A program made the translations under genes and the position numbers. Of a DNA stretch of 64,000 nucleotides, positions 53,540-64,000 are shown piece by piece (position 1 is the stretch's first letter; each line of letters begins with the position of its first letter). The stretch comes from Octopus sinensis (Eukaryota), in NCBI RefSeq assembly GCF_006345805.1, contig NC_043011.1:15698464-15762463 (forward strand), in the 5' to 3' direction. The notes below the pieces were generated by a model. The model did no database searches. It had not been told where the DNA came from and saw only the letters and a list, made by a program, of their open reading frames with translations.

Positions 53540-54700
53540 AAAAATTAAATCATGATTGAATGGCTGAAAATTAAAGAAACCAGTATGAATGAATGTGATG
53601 TTCTCCCAATTCACAACTCTAACCAAAACCTGAAAGTAATTAGTAAAATCCGCCTTGCACTTAAGGATATAAGTTCGGCTAATGACTTTGATATTACAGA
53701 TTTCAACGACCTGTACTATACAGATCTCAACAATTCAATATAGTGAAAAATTAGAAAACGACAGCATTCCCACAAAGAAGCCTATTGACAAGAGCGTATT
53801 CAAAACTAAATTCAGCTACTTATATCTGACATTGAATATCTAAAAAACCTTCATTTTGACAAGAGTATAACCCCCACCCCCCAAAAAAACCTAAAATTAA
53901 AGAAAAAGTATATGAAAATCTTGCCATCGATACCACCATAGAAACCATCAAGCAAAAGGTATGTGTTAGAGCTGCCCGCATAGCACGGTGTGAAAATCGG
54001 GTTAGGTTCTCCAAGGACAACAACATATTCAAAAATAACCCAAGAAATTTTTACATGAAGATAATGAAAACACTAGTTACAGTAACTAGTGATGGAACAG
54101 ATGTTCCATCAAAAGAACGACAGAAGACAAGGCACTCAAAAGTGGGAGGGTATCAAGATAGAGGATGTAAGATTGCTCTCAGGAATTCAAGCAAATAGAA
54201 GTCTTCAGGAAAGAATAAAATTCCTAACTTGTGGTTGAATGCCTTTCCAGAGAGACATGAAGTGATAGGAAAACTTTACAACAATATTTTGCAGCAACCG
54301 TGTATGATTCCCTCTTGGCTTGTTAATGGTGTTACATTCCTACTTCCAAAAACAAAGAAACAAATGAACCAAAATTATAGACCCATTACTTAACAATAAA
54401 ATACTAACATCTGTCTTGACTGAATATACCTATAGTTTTTTAATAGAAAGTGACATATTCCCTAATGAACAAGAAAAATGTAAACTTGGTTCCTTTGTAA
54501 AGACCAGCTGCTCATGAATATGATGATCTTGGAAGATTGTCACAAACAACGCAAAACCTTATCGATAGCCTGGATAGATTATAAATAACTTTTGATAGTC
54601 TACCACATAGCTGGATTAAGAATTGTCTGGGAATGTATAAAATAGCATCTACTCTGTGAAACTTCTTGTCTGTTAGTATGAGATCATAGATCATAACACC
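53540..54700 (+). pseudogene. Decayed R4/Dong-like LINE, pre-RT region and RT N-terminal half
   Basis: KQKVCVRAARIARCENRVRFSKDNNIFKNNPR, KIPNLWLNA, NYRPIT, KDQLLMNMMILEDCHKQRKTLSIAWIDYK, DSLPHSWIKNCL. Confidence 0.8.
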
Positions 54701-54809
54701 AACTTGAACTTCTAACTTGGGGTCTCTGGAGGCCTATGGGTGAGATTTTGAGCCAACTTGTACAAATACCAAGCAAAAGTCAAACATATAGTAATAATAA
54801 TAATAATAA

Positions 54810-55127
54810 AGAGAAATTAAGGATAATAGACCAGATATAGTTGTCAGAGATCATGAAGAAAAAAATGCTTTCTAATACCAGCAGATGACAACGTGTCTCT
54901 AAAAGAAATGGAGAAACTTTCAAAATACAAAGACCTGGAAATAGAGGTAACCAGAACGTGGCATCTAAAAACAGAAACAATTCCTATCATCGTAGGTGCA
55001 TTAGGCATGATAAAAAAATATTCAGACAAATACATAACAAAACACCAGGACTTACATACACATATAACATACAGAAGATTGCACTACTAGGCACTGCACA
55101 CATCCTACGCAGGACACTTTCCATACA
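54810..55127 (+). mobile_element. 5'-truncated R4/Dong-like endonuclease fragment directly after (TAA)6
   Basis: REIKDNRPDIVVRDH..ADDNVSLKEMEKLSKYKDLEIEV..IVGALG..GTAHILRRTL; closely similar to 37763-38100. Confidence 0.9.
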
Positions 55128-55132
55128 GACCT

Positions 55133-55556
55133 TAACCAGTTGAGCATGTCCCTTAGTGGCTGACGATATGTGCATCTCTGATCACGAGCAGAAGTAGTGG
55201 GGGAGCATCATAGCCATGTGTTGAGAGGGATTCTTTGGGGTTTGAATAGTTCACCTCTGGAAACATGGGTGGTTCTTTCAACATCCTTAAACAACCCTTA
55301 TTCAGGGACCGTTTGAGCGGGATGGGCTACTCAACCTGAAGAAAATTCTAACTGGGCCCCACCTGCAAGGTCATGTGCTGTTTATCTTGATATGAGATCA
55401 CCATGTCGCGCACATATGGTTGTGATGCATGTGCCTGGTGTACCTTTATCAGACGGGTAGTCATGATGGGTATATTGGGCTTCGTATATTTTACCCCAGT
55501 GTCACTTTGATGGCATGAACTGCTCTCTCACTCAATAATAATACTAATAATAATAA
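55133..55556 (+). mobile_element. Non-coding interspersed repeat with (TAA)n tail, fused to the R4-like fragment
   Basis: GC-richer 400-bp segment ending CTCTCTCACTCAATAATAATA; I recall it as a common octopus repeat; no clear pol III boxes seen. Confidence 0.55.
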
Positions 55557-55983
55557 TGACAATAATAGTGGCAAGGACAATGATAATCTTTTTATTATTA
55601 CTAATTCGATATGAATGATTAACAATTCAATTTGAAAATTTCAAAGACGTAACTAGATTTTTAGCAATGCTTTAACTTACATTATTTTAAGATTGAAATA
55701 ATATTCAGGGTGATTAGATAGTAGACGTTGTTACTTCAGATCAAACAATATGTTATATAAATTATCAGGCGACATCTATCATGAACGACTTTTCAGTATT
55801 TTGTCATTGCATATTATCCCATAATTTCTACATTGTTTCAGTCATTCATAACTTACGTTACTTCTCACTCAAGGGACCTATGACTGTGACATTTGAAATT
55901 TTCTGCTTTCATCCTTACTAAATTTACTGACATCTATGATAGAAATTGAAATTTCATTATTAAAAGCGCTGACAGGCGGCCTC

Positions 55984-56072
<89 letters not shown>

Positions 56073-56185
56073 TGTGTGTGAGTGTGTGTGTGTGTACACG
56101 TATATATATATATATATATTTATTTATATATATATATATACACATACATTTACACACATATATGTCTGTTTATATATATATATAT

Positions 56186-56350
56186 AGGCGCAGACTTTGC
56201 AGTGTGGTAAGAAGCTTGATTCGCAACCACATGGTTCTGTGTTGAGTCCCACGACGTTGCACCTTGGGTAAATGGCCTTAATTTTATCCTCGAGTCAAAC
56301 AAAGTCTTGTGAGTGAATTTGGTAGATGGAAACTGAAAGAAGGCCATCGT
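56186..56350 (+). mobile_element. 5' half of a diverged group B SINE
   Basis: AGGCGCAG..GTGTGGTAAGAAGCTTG..AACCACATGGTTC..TTGGTAGATGGAAACTGAAAGAAG. Confidence 0.8.
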
Positions 56351-56595
56351 TAAAATGTATATATATATATATATATATATACAGAGAAAGAGAGAGAGAA
56401 TTAATATAAACAGTAGTTTGCAATCTTTCACCAAAAAGGAGAATTGTAATTGTCACTAAAAGAGACTAGGATGTTAGAAAACACACACATTGCTAGAAAT
56501 AAGAGTTAAACCGCCTTAATGCTGTAGTTAACACACCTGAATGAAAACGTACGTTAACAGTGATCATAATCATCCGAAAAGTGCGGATCGAGAAT

Positions 56596-56646
56596 TCTTA
56601 ATATTGACGTCAGATTCGGCAGTTTCTGTTGCCTCATCAGTTAAGA
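56596..56646 (-). ncRNA. Decayed minimal hammerhead within the 56400-56650 repeat
   Basis: Minus strand TCTTAA CTGATGA GGCA acagaaac TGCC GAAT C TGACGTCA A TA TTAAGA: 6-bp stem I, 4-bp stem II, palindromic stem III loop; A15.1 is mutated. Confidence 0.6.
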
Positions 56647-56867
56647 TCGTTCGAGTGTTACACACACACACATAAATTATATAAAAAACATGTTTCTGTC
56701 CAACTGACAGAAGATAAATTGCTTTTACTTCAAATTTATATCAAGTTTTACTGATATTTGATAAGATGAGTTTCATCGAAACCAGTAATATTTTCTTTAT
56801 ATGATTTTTCAAAATCATTCTTATTAAAATCCCTCTTAAATTGTAATGACTTAGTCTTACTTCTGTG

Positions 56868-57040
56868 CTATTTCCGCCAGCACTGCTTGATATCTGGTGT
56901 TTTGTGTGTTTACGTCCCAGTAACTTACCGGCCGATAGAATAAGTGACAGGCTATTAAGAAAGTACTGGGGTCGATTCATTCAGATAAAATTCAAGGCGG
57001 TTCCCCAGCACGTCTGCAGTCTAATGACAGAAACAATTAA
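56868..57040 (+). mobile_element. Diverged 3' part of a group B SINE
   Basis: GTGTGTTTACGTCCCAGTAACTTA..CCGATAGAATAAG..GGGGTCGATT..AAGGCGGTTCCCCAGCA. Confidence 0.65.
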
Positions 57041-57042
57041 GA

Positions 57043-57079
<37 letters not shown>

Positions 57080-57256
57080 TTTGAGTAGTTGAATGAATTA
57101 TCTTGTTATGGATTATTCGGTTAACCGATACCTGGGTAACAAATTCACATCAGAGAAGACACGTTTGAAGTTACGTGCTTTCGTGTGGAAATTTGCATGT
57201 TTTTTTTTTAAATATAAATATATGCAAGAATGGAGTTGAACGACGAATTAACAAAA

Positions 57257-57355
57257 TTCCTTTATTTTCGACATATGTTTCGAAGGCTGCATATTCCTAA
57301 TTGCGAAGCAATAAGCAGTATATTATGCCGCTTTCTCATCAGGAAAAGCAAGGAA
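57257..57355 (-). ncRNA. Type-I hammerhead ribozyme, intact consensus core
   Basis: TTCCTT GC TTTTC CTGATGA GAAAGCGGCATA..TATGCAGCCTTC GAAA CATATG TC GAAAA TA AAGGAA; GUC triplet, predicted cleavage between 57270 and 57269. Confidence 0.88.
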
Positions 57356-57496
57356 CTTATGTCAACATCAAGATGCACAAAAAACTTTTAGATGACTGCT
57401 CACACGGAGCCCATAGTGAAAATGAGACTTTTTCACTATGGGATCTGTGTGAGCAGTCATCTAAAAGTTTTTTGTGCATCTTGAATTTGACATAAG

Positions 57497-57595
57497 TTCC
57501 TTGCTTTTCCTGATGGGAAAGCGGCATAATATACTCCTTATTGCTTCGCAATTAGGAATATGCAGCCTTCGAAACATATGTCGAAAATAAAGGAA
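57497..57595 (+). ncRNA. Mirror-copy hammerhead with A9 mutated to G
   Basis: Same sequence as the minus copy except CTGATGG (G at 57516) and one change in the stem II interior. Confidence 0.8.
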
Positions 57596-57628
57596 TGTTA
57601 TTAATTCGTCGTTCAACTCCATTCTGTC

Positions 57629-57708
<80 letters not shown>

Positions 57709-57898
57709 GTTGTATACTGTCAGCTCAACTTGACAGTCCCGTAAGGGAATTACACCACCGCCATTTAACCCTAGGAAACATCGACGTTTTCTGTCAGCTT
57801 TGACACATATTCTGTGTCCTTATATTTGCAGAGAGGTTGCAAATGGCGGTGGTGTAATTCCCTTACGGGACTGTCACGTTGAGTGAACAGTATGCAAC
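57709..57898. mobile_element. MITE-like element with ~58-bp TIRs
   Basis: TGACAGTCCCGTAAGGGAATTACACCACCGCCATTT (57731-57766) is exactly mirrored at 57841-57876; imperfect pairing extends to 57709/57898. Confidence 0.85.
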
Positions 57899-57952
57899 TA
57901 CTATATCGCTGCATCATCGCTCATGTATCTCTGAGACATTTAGAAATTCAGT

Positions 57953-57985
<33 letters not shown>

Positions 57986-59042
57986 TCAAATTTGGAATTG
58001 TATTATAAATATTTCTCAGTTATACACCTACTCATCAGCAATAGAAGCAATTAGAATAAAGCAATGTTGCAGAATAACGGTCTAACATATGGGTAAGTAT
58101 TGTGTCACTGTATTCTGTTTAAAGATAATTCTTTGTCATATACGTTCTGTTGCATGGATAACAATACACTGAAAACTAGAAGTATGGCACTATTCTAGTT
58201 GTACATTTTCTCTTTGCAGATAACATACGGGGATTGATGAGATTCGAAATGCCCTTTAAATCGAAGAAAAAGACTAAAATATTGAAAAGGATGCTATTTT
58301 AAATGGAATCTCAGAATAAAAGATAAAAGTATCTGCAGTTGTATACTGGTTCCACGTTTATAAGATTTCCTGTCCGTGGCTGGTTTCGATAACAATAAGA
58401 CATATAAATCAAGCATTCACGGAAATGTTTCCAGTGTAGCAGAGTCACATTACTATTATCAATCATATGTTATATAACCAGCAACAGAATCAGTAACGTT
58501 TGGAATTAATACGAAACTAGTAATTCTGCCAATCATTGAACTACAGCAAATGCGTAGCAGTGCTGTAATAAAGATAAGTATGAATCAAAATAAACAGGAA
58601 TCAATTGCAAGTATTAAACTGAAAACAAAGAATATAAAATATCACATGGAAATCAATATATATATAAAATAGGAAATCAAAGAAATCCATTTCAAACGTA
58701 AAATGTAATCCGTGTGAAGGCAAAAGAAAATATACAGTAATTTGTAACACGATAAAGCAATTTCAGTAAAATACACTTTATTATACTTACAAAAGAGAAT
58801 ATATTTATGATATTACGATAGTAAAACGTGTCGAAAAGAATCACAGTATAAGAACATGAATGACCTAATGAGAGAAATAGCGGTTTTACTATTGTTACGT
58901 TCCAAAATATATTTGTAAATAATGATTCTTTTACTTTGTATTTATGAACGTTGTCACAAGCTTATGGTGGATGATGACTAACTAGGCCAGTTAGTCAAAC
59001 TTACTTCCCAACATAGAAATTACCTATTACTCAGATGAAAGT

Positions 59043-59401
59043 GTTTGTTCCTTCTAGAGCCGTGCCTAGCTCATAAGGGCCGGTCTCCCGGTTTTTTGGC
59101 GTATAGGTTCCCCACCTGGACGGGACGCCGGTCCATCGCAGGTGAGCTGCAAGAGTGAGAGAAAGTTGTGGCGAAAGAATCAGCAGAAGTTTCGCCATTA
59201 CCTTCTGCCGGAGCCGCGTGGAGCTTAGGTGTTTCGCTCATAAACACACACGCGAAAGAATCAGCAGAAGTTTCGCCATTACCTTCTGCCGGAGCCGCGT
59301 GGAGCTTAGGTGTTTCGCTCATAAACACACACATCGTCCGGTCTGAGATTCGAACCCGCGATCCCTCGATCGCAAATCCGCTGCTCTAACCACTAGGCCA
59401 T
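59043..59401 (-). mobile_element. tRNA-derived SINE, group A, with an 81-bp internal tandem duplication
   Basis: Reverse complement of 761-1072; 59171-59251 is repeated at 59252-59332. Confidence 0.92.
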
Positions 59402-62304
59402 CCCAGAGGCATTAAATGCAATGTACTCAGAGTTTTGGACATATATCTTAGAAGGCGTAAAGTAAATAGTTTTAAATAATTAATCGGAAATTGTGCATTC
59501 GAATATTCTAATTTTAAATTATTACTAATATGATAGCTTCTAATCTTATATTTTGGGTGCCAATCATTCGCCTGAATCCTTTTGATTGAATGACTAATAC
59601 ACACTTTATCGACATTATTATCATTGAAGTCAACCCGCAGGGATTTGTACTGAAAGTTTAATAGCTACTATGATACTTTTAACTGCCACTTAGTTTTATT
59701 CAGGAATGTCAGAAGTACGATGTTTGAATTCTGCTAACTAATACTTTCATATACAATCGGTTTTCAATACATTTAGTGATTGCGATGGAAGTCTAGTGTT
59801 TATCAAATTTCTCTAGACTGGAGAGATCCCGCTACGGATCAAGTGGTATTCGTTTTCATACAAGCCGGATGGTATATATTGATTTTGCATATAGTCTAGG
59901 TTGAGGGTATCTATAGGAATAAAGCCACCACTGATGTAAGAACTGTTTTCAGTTATGGAGTTCACGTAATGAAGTAAACCAGTATTTCACTTTTGCTTCT
60001 CTTGACTCCAGAAATTTTCGATAGTGTTCTATTAACTTTATTACAAAAACCTCATTACGTTAACTGGAAATACATTTGGTAAGTATACCTAACTTATTTC
60101 TGGAATTTATTTAAGTCCCAATAGTGACACTCTTCAGTGAAATAACTACTTGATTGACGATTGCCTATAGATTTTGCGTGATTATCAATAGTGTAAATGA
60201 AGTAGAAGTGATTTCAAGTTCAAAGCTGAGGTGCAAAGTGGATGCTCCACATCGAGTGTGTGTATTTGCACTAATGGTGTGACAAATTCACAAAACATTA
60301 TTCAGTATCACTCTATTTTTCTTTTCATTCAGGCAGCCAAAGAAAACAAGTTGAATTATATCCTGTGAAATATTTGCACAAACGTCGAAGTGATTCAGCG
60401 TTCATTGTTTAATACGAAAATTCTACTAAAACGTTTAATTTTCGTGGAAAGCTATCGGTGATAAAAGTATATAAATACATACATACATGTGCAAAGATTT
60501 ATTCATGTGTATATAAATGTATTTGTATATATATATACATACACATACATATATATATAGAGAGAGAGAGAAATAGTTATATATATATATATACATGCTA
60601 AGTGTACTCTTCTATAGCTTTTGCATAGATTCTATTCACTTAATGCATTTGTTAGATACCTAACGGGATTGGAGCGATCAAGTCAACGCGACAGCAAATG
60701 CAAGTAAACACTACTTTAAATGAAATCTATATATAAGCATAGAACATAGCCAATAATAATGATTTAAAACAAATAGTTAAATATTTGCCTGGATAAATAT
60801 ATCTGGTTTTTGTTATGTTTTTCAGCAAATAATTATACTTTCGATACATGCATACATCCATACACTTACACACACACACACACACACACACACAAGTACA
60901 CACACACATGCGTCTCTTCAGTTCACTGACAATTTCTAATACTTCTTTCAGTGTGTGCGATTGCCTTTGAATTGTAATATCTATTTTCGCAATATGTTTT
61001 ATTTTCTTTATTCTTTCCGTAATTTTGATTCTTAGTATTCAGTAAGTGATTACTGCATTGAGAGCTAGCATCTGATATTTTTACTTTGCGCCATGTTGTA
61101 TTCAGCAGAGCGATTAGTGGAACATTTAATAATCTTTAAAACTGCCGGAAAAGAATGTTCTGTGAGTACTTTAATAGCAAATAAAAGAGATACTATCACC
61201 AGATGTGTATTTACTTATGAATAGTCTAAGTTTATATATCCATTAATGATTTCTGTCGGGCCATTACTGATCGATTTCTACATAAGCAAAGATTAATAAT
61301 GCCATTTGGTCAGGAATTCAACAACAGTTGGTTCATATGATTCAAATACTTTTAATATTATTACTTCTCTACTAACCTGTTATACCGGATTCGGCACTTA
61401 TAGAAAACTAGTGTACATAGGAAGGTACATGGGAATTGGGCTATTACTGCCTATTGGCATAGGCAGTTATAATGAACATAAATAAACTGTCGCGTATTCA
61501 GTCAAGCTGAGAATTGAAACCTGGATATGGATAGAGTTCGCCGAAGTAATGTGCCAGGTTCTGATTGGATAACTGGTTCAGTTTGGCTCTTATTTCAAGC
61601 AGGAGAGGGGAATCATATTTGTCGCAGTTCATGGTTCCTTATAGGAATTTAACGTCGTTGAAACAAACGACATCAACAGGACACTACTTCATTGAACTAG
61701 CTCCCGCAAACCACAAATATACTACGTATAAATGCGCCATTCTTTGCTATTATGCATTTTTGTTTTTAGATTTCATTATCATATCTCAATAAAAGCATGC
61801 AACGTAGTGATCTAAACGGCAAACATTTTCCTGTATCATTAGTTTTATGCTGCGCTGTCACTGTTATTAGATTCAATAACACTGGCGCATTTTGCACTAA
61901 TTTGTTACAAAAGCTGATACCAACCGCATAATATGGCGCAATCCAATGATTAATACGATAAATATGTCTTTTATTGATTCTAGCTCTTCTTACAACCGGG
62001 AGAATATCATTCCCGAAATCAAAGAAATAAATTAATGAAATATACTAAACAATTAAAATGTTCTTAAGATATTGCTAGAAAGTTTAACGATTCATCTACA
62101 AATTCATCTTTGATGTAACAATTAATCAAAAATTTAATCGATAAATCTAATGAAAGACAAAAATGGAATATTTAAATTTAATGACTGAATTACTTCGCTA
62201 TACGTATCTTTACTTCTATAATGTCAAACAGGTTCAATGTATATTGTAAATGTATTTCAGAAGTAAGAATTATCCGTGATATGTATCTTTTAACTTTCAA
62301 TCGG

Positions 62305-62581
62305 GTGTCCCAGCAAAGAGCAGCGGCTCAAAAATTTTAGTCGAGCGAATCGACTCCAGTACTTATACGTTTTAAGCCTAGTACTTAATCTGTCGGTGTC
62401 TTTTGCCGAACTACTTTGTTACGAGGAGGTAAATACATCAACACCCATTGTCAAACAATAGAAGAGTATATACAAAGACAGAAAGAATATAAGCACACAC
62501 AGACACACACACACACAAACACACACATAGTGTATGTATAATTGTCGGGTTTCTTTCAGTTTCCGTCTACGAAATCCACTC
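62305..62581 (-). mobile_element. Diverged, 5'-truncated group B SINE
   Basis: TTTAGTCGAGCGAATCGAC..TCTTTTGCCGAAC..TTCTTTCAGTTTCCGTCTACGAAATCCACTC. Confidence 0.75.
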
Positions 62582-62584
62582 TGA

Positions 62585-62750
62585 ACGAAGGAGAACATTG
62601 CGAAAATTCATGAATGGATATTGGAGGACAATCACCGAACAACTGACCAATGTGTTGATATAACTGGTGTATCCTGAAGCTTGAAATTAATCCGGACCTC
62701 TTTTCAAAGGTCATCACTGGTGAAGAAAACTAGTACTTCGGAATTTGTAG
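62585..62750 (+). pseudogene. Mariner transposase remnant with internal deletion
   Basis: ENIAKIHEWILEDNHRTTDQCVDITGVS (HTH region) joined to PDLFSKVITGEEN* (corresponding to ITGDESW). Confidence 0.6.
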
Positions 62751-62940
62751 ATTTGTAAAAGATGAAGAAAAAAAAAACACTGTGGAAAATGCGTCTGACT
62801 GGTGCATTGCTTCAAATAGAGAATATTTTGAAGGCGATAAAAGTGTAAACATGTAAAACTAATTCAAGAAATTTAATTATTATCGTAAAATTCCGGTTTC
62901 TCTTGGGTCCCCACTCGTTCATATATACACGCACATATGT

Positions 62941-63021
<81 letters not shown>

Positions 63022-63319
63022 GTATATGTATGTATGTAAATATATATATATACACTTATACACACGCACACACACACACACATACACACATATATATATA
63101 TTAATATACATGTATTATTTATGCTGTTGTTATATTTCTTCTCCATGGGCTTGATTCGTCTCCATAGGCTCGTCTCAGAAACTTAGCTCGTCAGTATGTA
63201 GCGTCCTTCTTTCGACTGTCCTCTCACGTGTGTATGTATACACTACACACACAAGCACACACATATATATATATATATGCGTATGACTGCGTGCATGCGT
63301 GTGTTTGTATGTGCTTGTG

Positions 63320-63355
<36 letters not shown>

Positions 63356-64000
63356 TGAGTGAGTGTGTGTGAAGAGAAAAATAAAATCAAACAACCAACA
63401 ATATATCCAAAAAATCTTTAGTAGGAAATGCATCATGTCTGTAATGTAACTTGTTAATGTAATGTAAATATATTCCTTTCACCTAGTTTTTTGTAACCCG
63501 TATCATTTGCGATATGTGCTTTACATATGAATCAAATGAAGACAGATTTATTCGAAAGTCTCTCGAGCTTAGAATTCTGTCCAGTTTGTTCAAGAGATGC
63601 TTTAACAAATTTCATTCAACTATTGAAAACTCTCCCTTAATATAACTCTCTCCATTGTCTGAAATAGCAAATTCAATTTTACTTCTTCCACAGAATCCAT
63701 CCGTTTGTGTAAACACATTTATAACACATAGGCAGACTCTGTAGAGAGTAAATCTACTGAACACTATCATCCCATCGACAAGGAAACGTTCGCGGTTCGG
63801 ATTTCTTTTCGGGTTTTATTGCTAACCATATCTTGCGTCCGAGGGTCACTGCTAATATTTTTGTTTGTTAACGAAATCATCTGTGCAAATAATTAATTGG
63901 TCCGTCCTCAATTTTCTCACCTTCTTTCATCCTACAGCAAGCTTATCAAATTTTGCATTTGCTTGGTTTAGAGACAGATGCTTCTGATATTCATAGAAAG

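Larger units (their letters stand above)
57085..57625. mobile_element. Palindromic element (inverted pseudo-LTR pair) carrying two hammerheads, with a one-sided tail
   Basis: Arms 57227-57422 and 57430-57625 are reverse complements with about 8 mismatches and a 7-nt loop; tail 57085-57226 is shared with the copy at 7441. Confidence 0.92.

Noticed and set aside
57516-57516. A-to-G arm difference as a fossil of ADAR editing before reverse transcription
   Set aside because: The other differences between the arms are mixed substitution types with no A-to-G excess.
58000-58045. Hammerhead-like CTGATGA..GAAA on the minus strand
   Set aside because: Stem II does not close next to GAAA and pairing relies on AT-rich chance matches.
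60085-60146. Hammerhead-like CTGAAGA GTGTC..GAC on the minus strand
   Set aside because: GAAA box and stem III not recoverable; too degenerate to support.
63160-63200. CTGACGA GCT..AGC hairpin on the minus strand
   Set aside because: No GAAA or stem III follows.

Overview
AT-rich, microsatellite-dense eukaryotic DNA with no recognisable intact host gene. The SINE families and repeat landscape are typical of an octopus (coleoid cephalopod) genome; this is an inference from remembered repeat sequences. Most ORFs in the supplied track are translations of (TA)n/(CA)n/(TAA)n/(CAC)n repeats. Recognisable content: three tRNA-derived SINE groups (several copies with TSDs, one dimer, one head carrying three alternative tails); a 5'-truncated CR1 LINE; four R4/Dong-like (restriction-like endonuclease) LINE fragments, two beside (TAA)n tracts; a probable 3.6-kb Helitron; several MITE-like inverted-repeat elements; mariner and possible Gypsy remnants; and four decayed Penelope-like element (PLE) pieces (RT and/or GIY-YIG; two Naiad-like). 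The main signal not visible in the ORF track is a dense, diverse set of minimal type-I hammerhead ribozyme (HHR) motifs on both strands, about 14 intact or decayed. They include a ~400-bp near-perfect palindrome (57227-57625) carrying two head-to-head hammerheads, a diverged sister copy at 7.4-7.9 kb with a compensatory stem change, and a family whose core reads CUGUNGA instead of CUGANGA.
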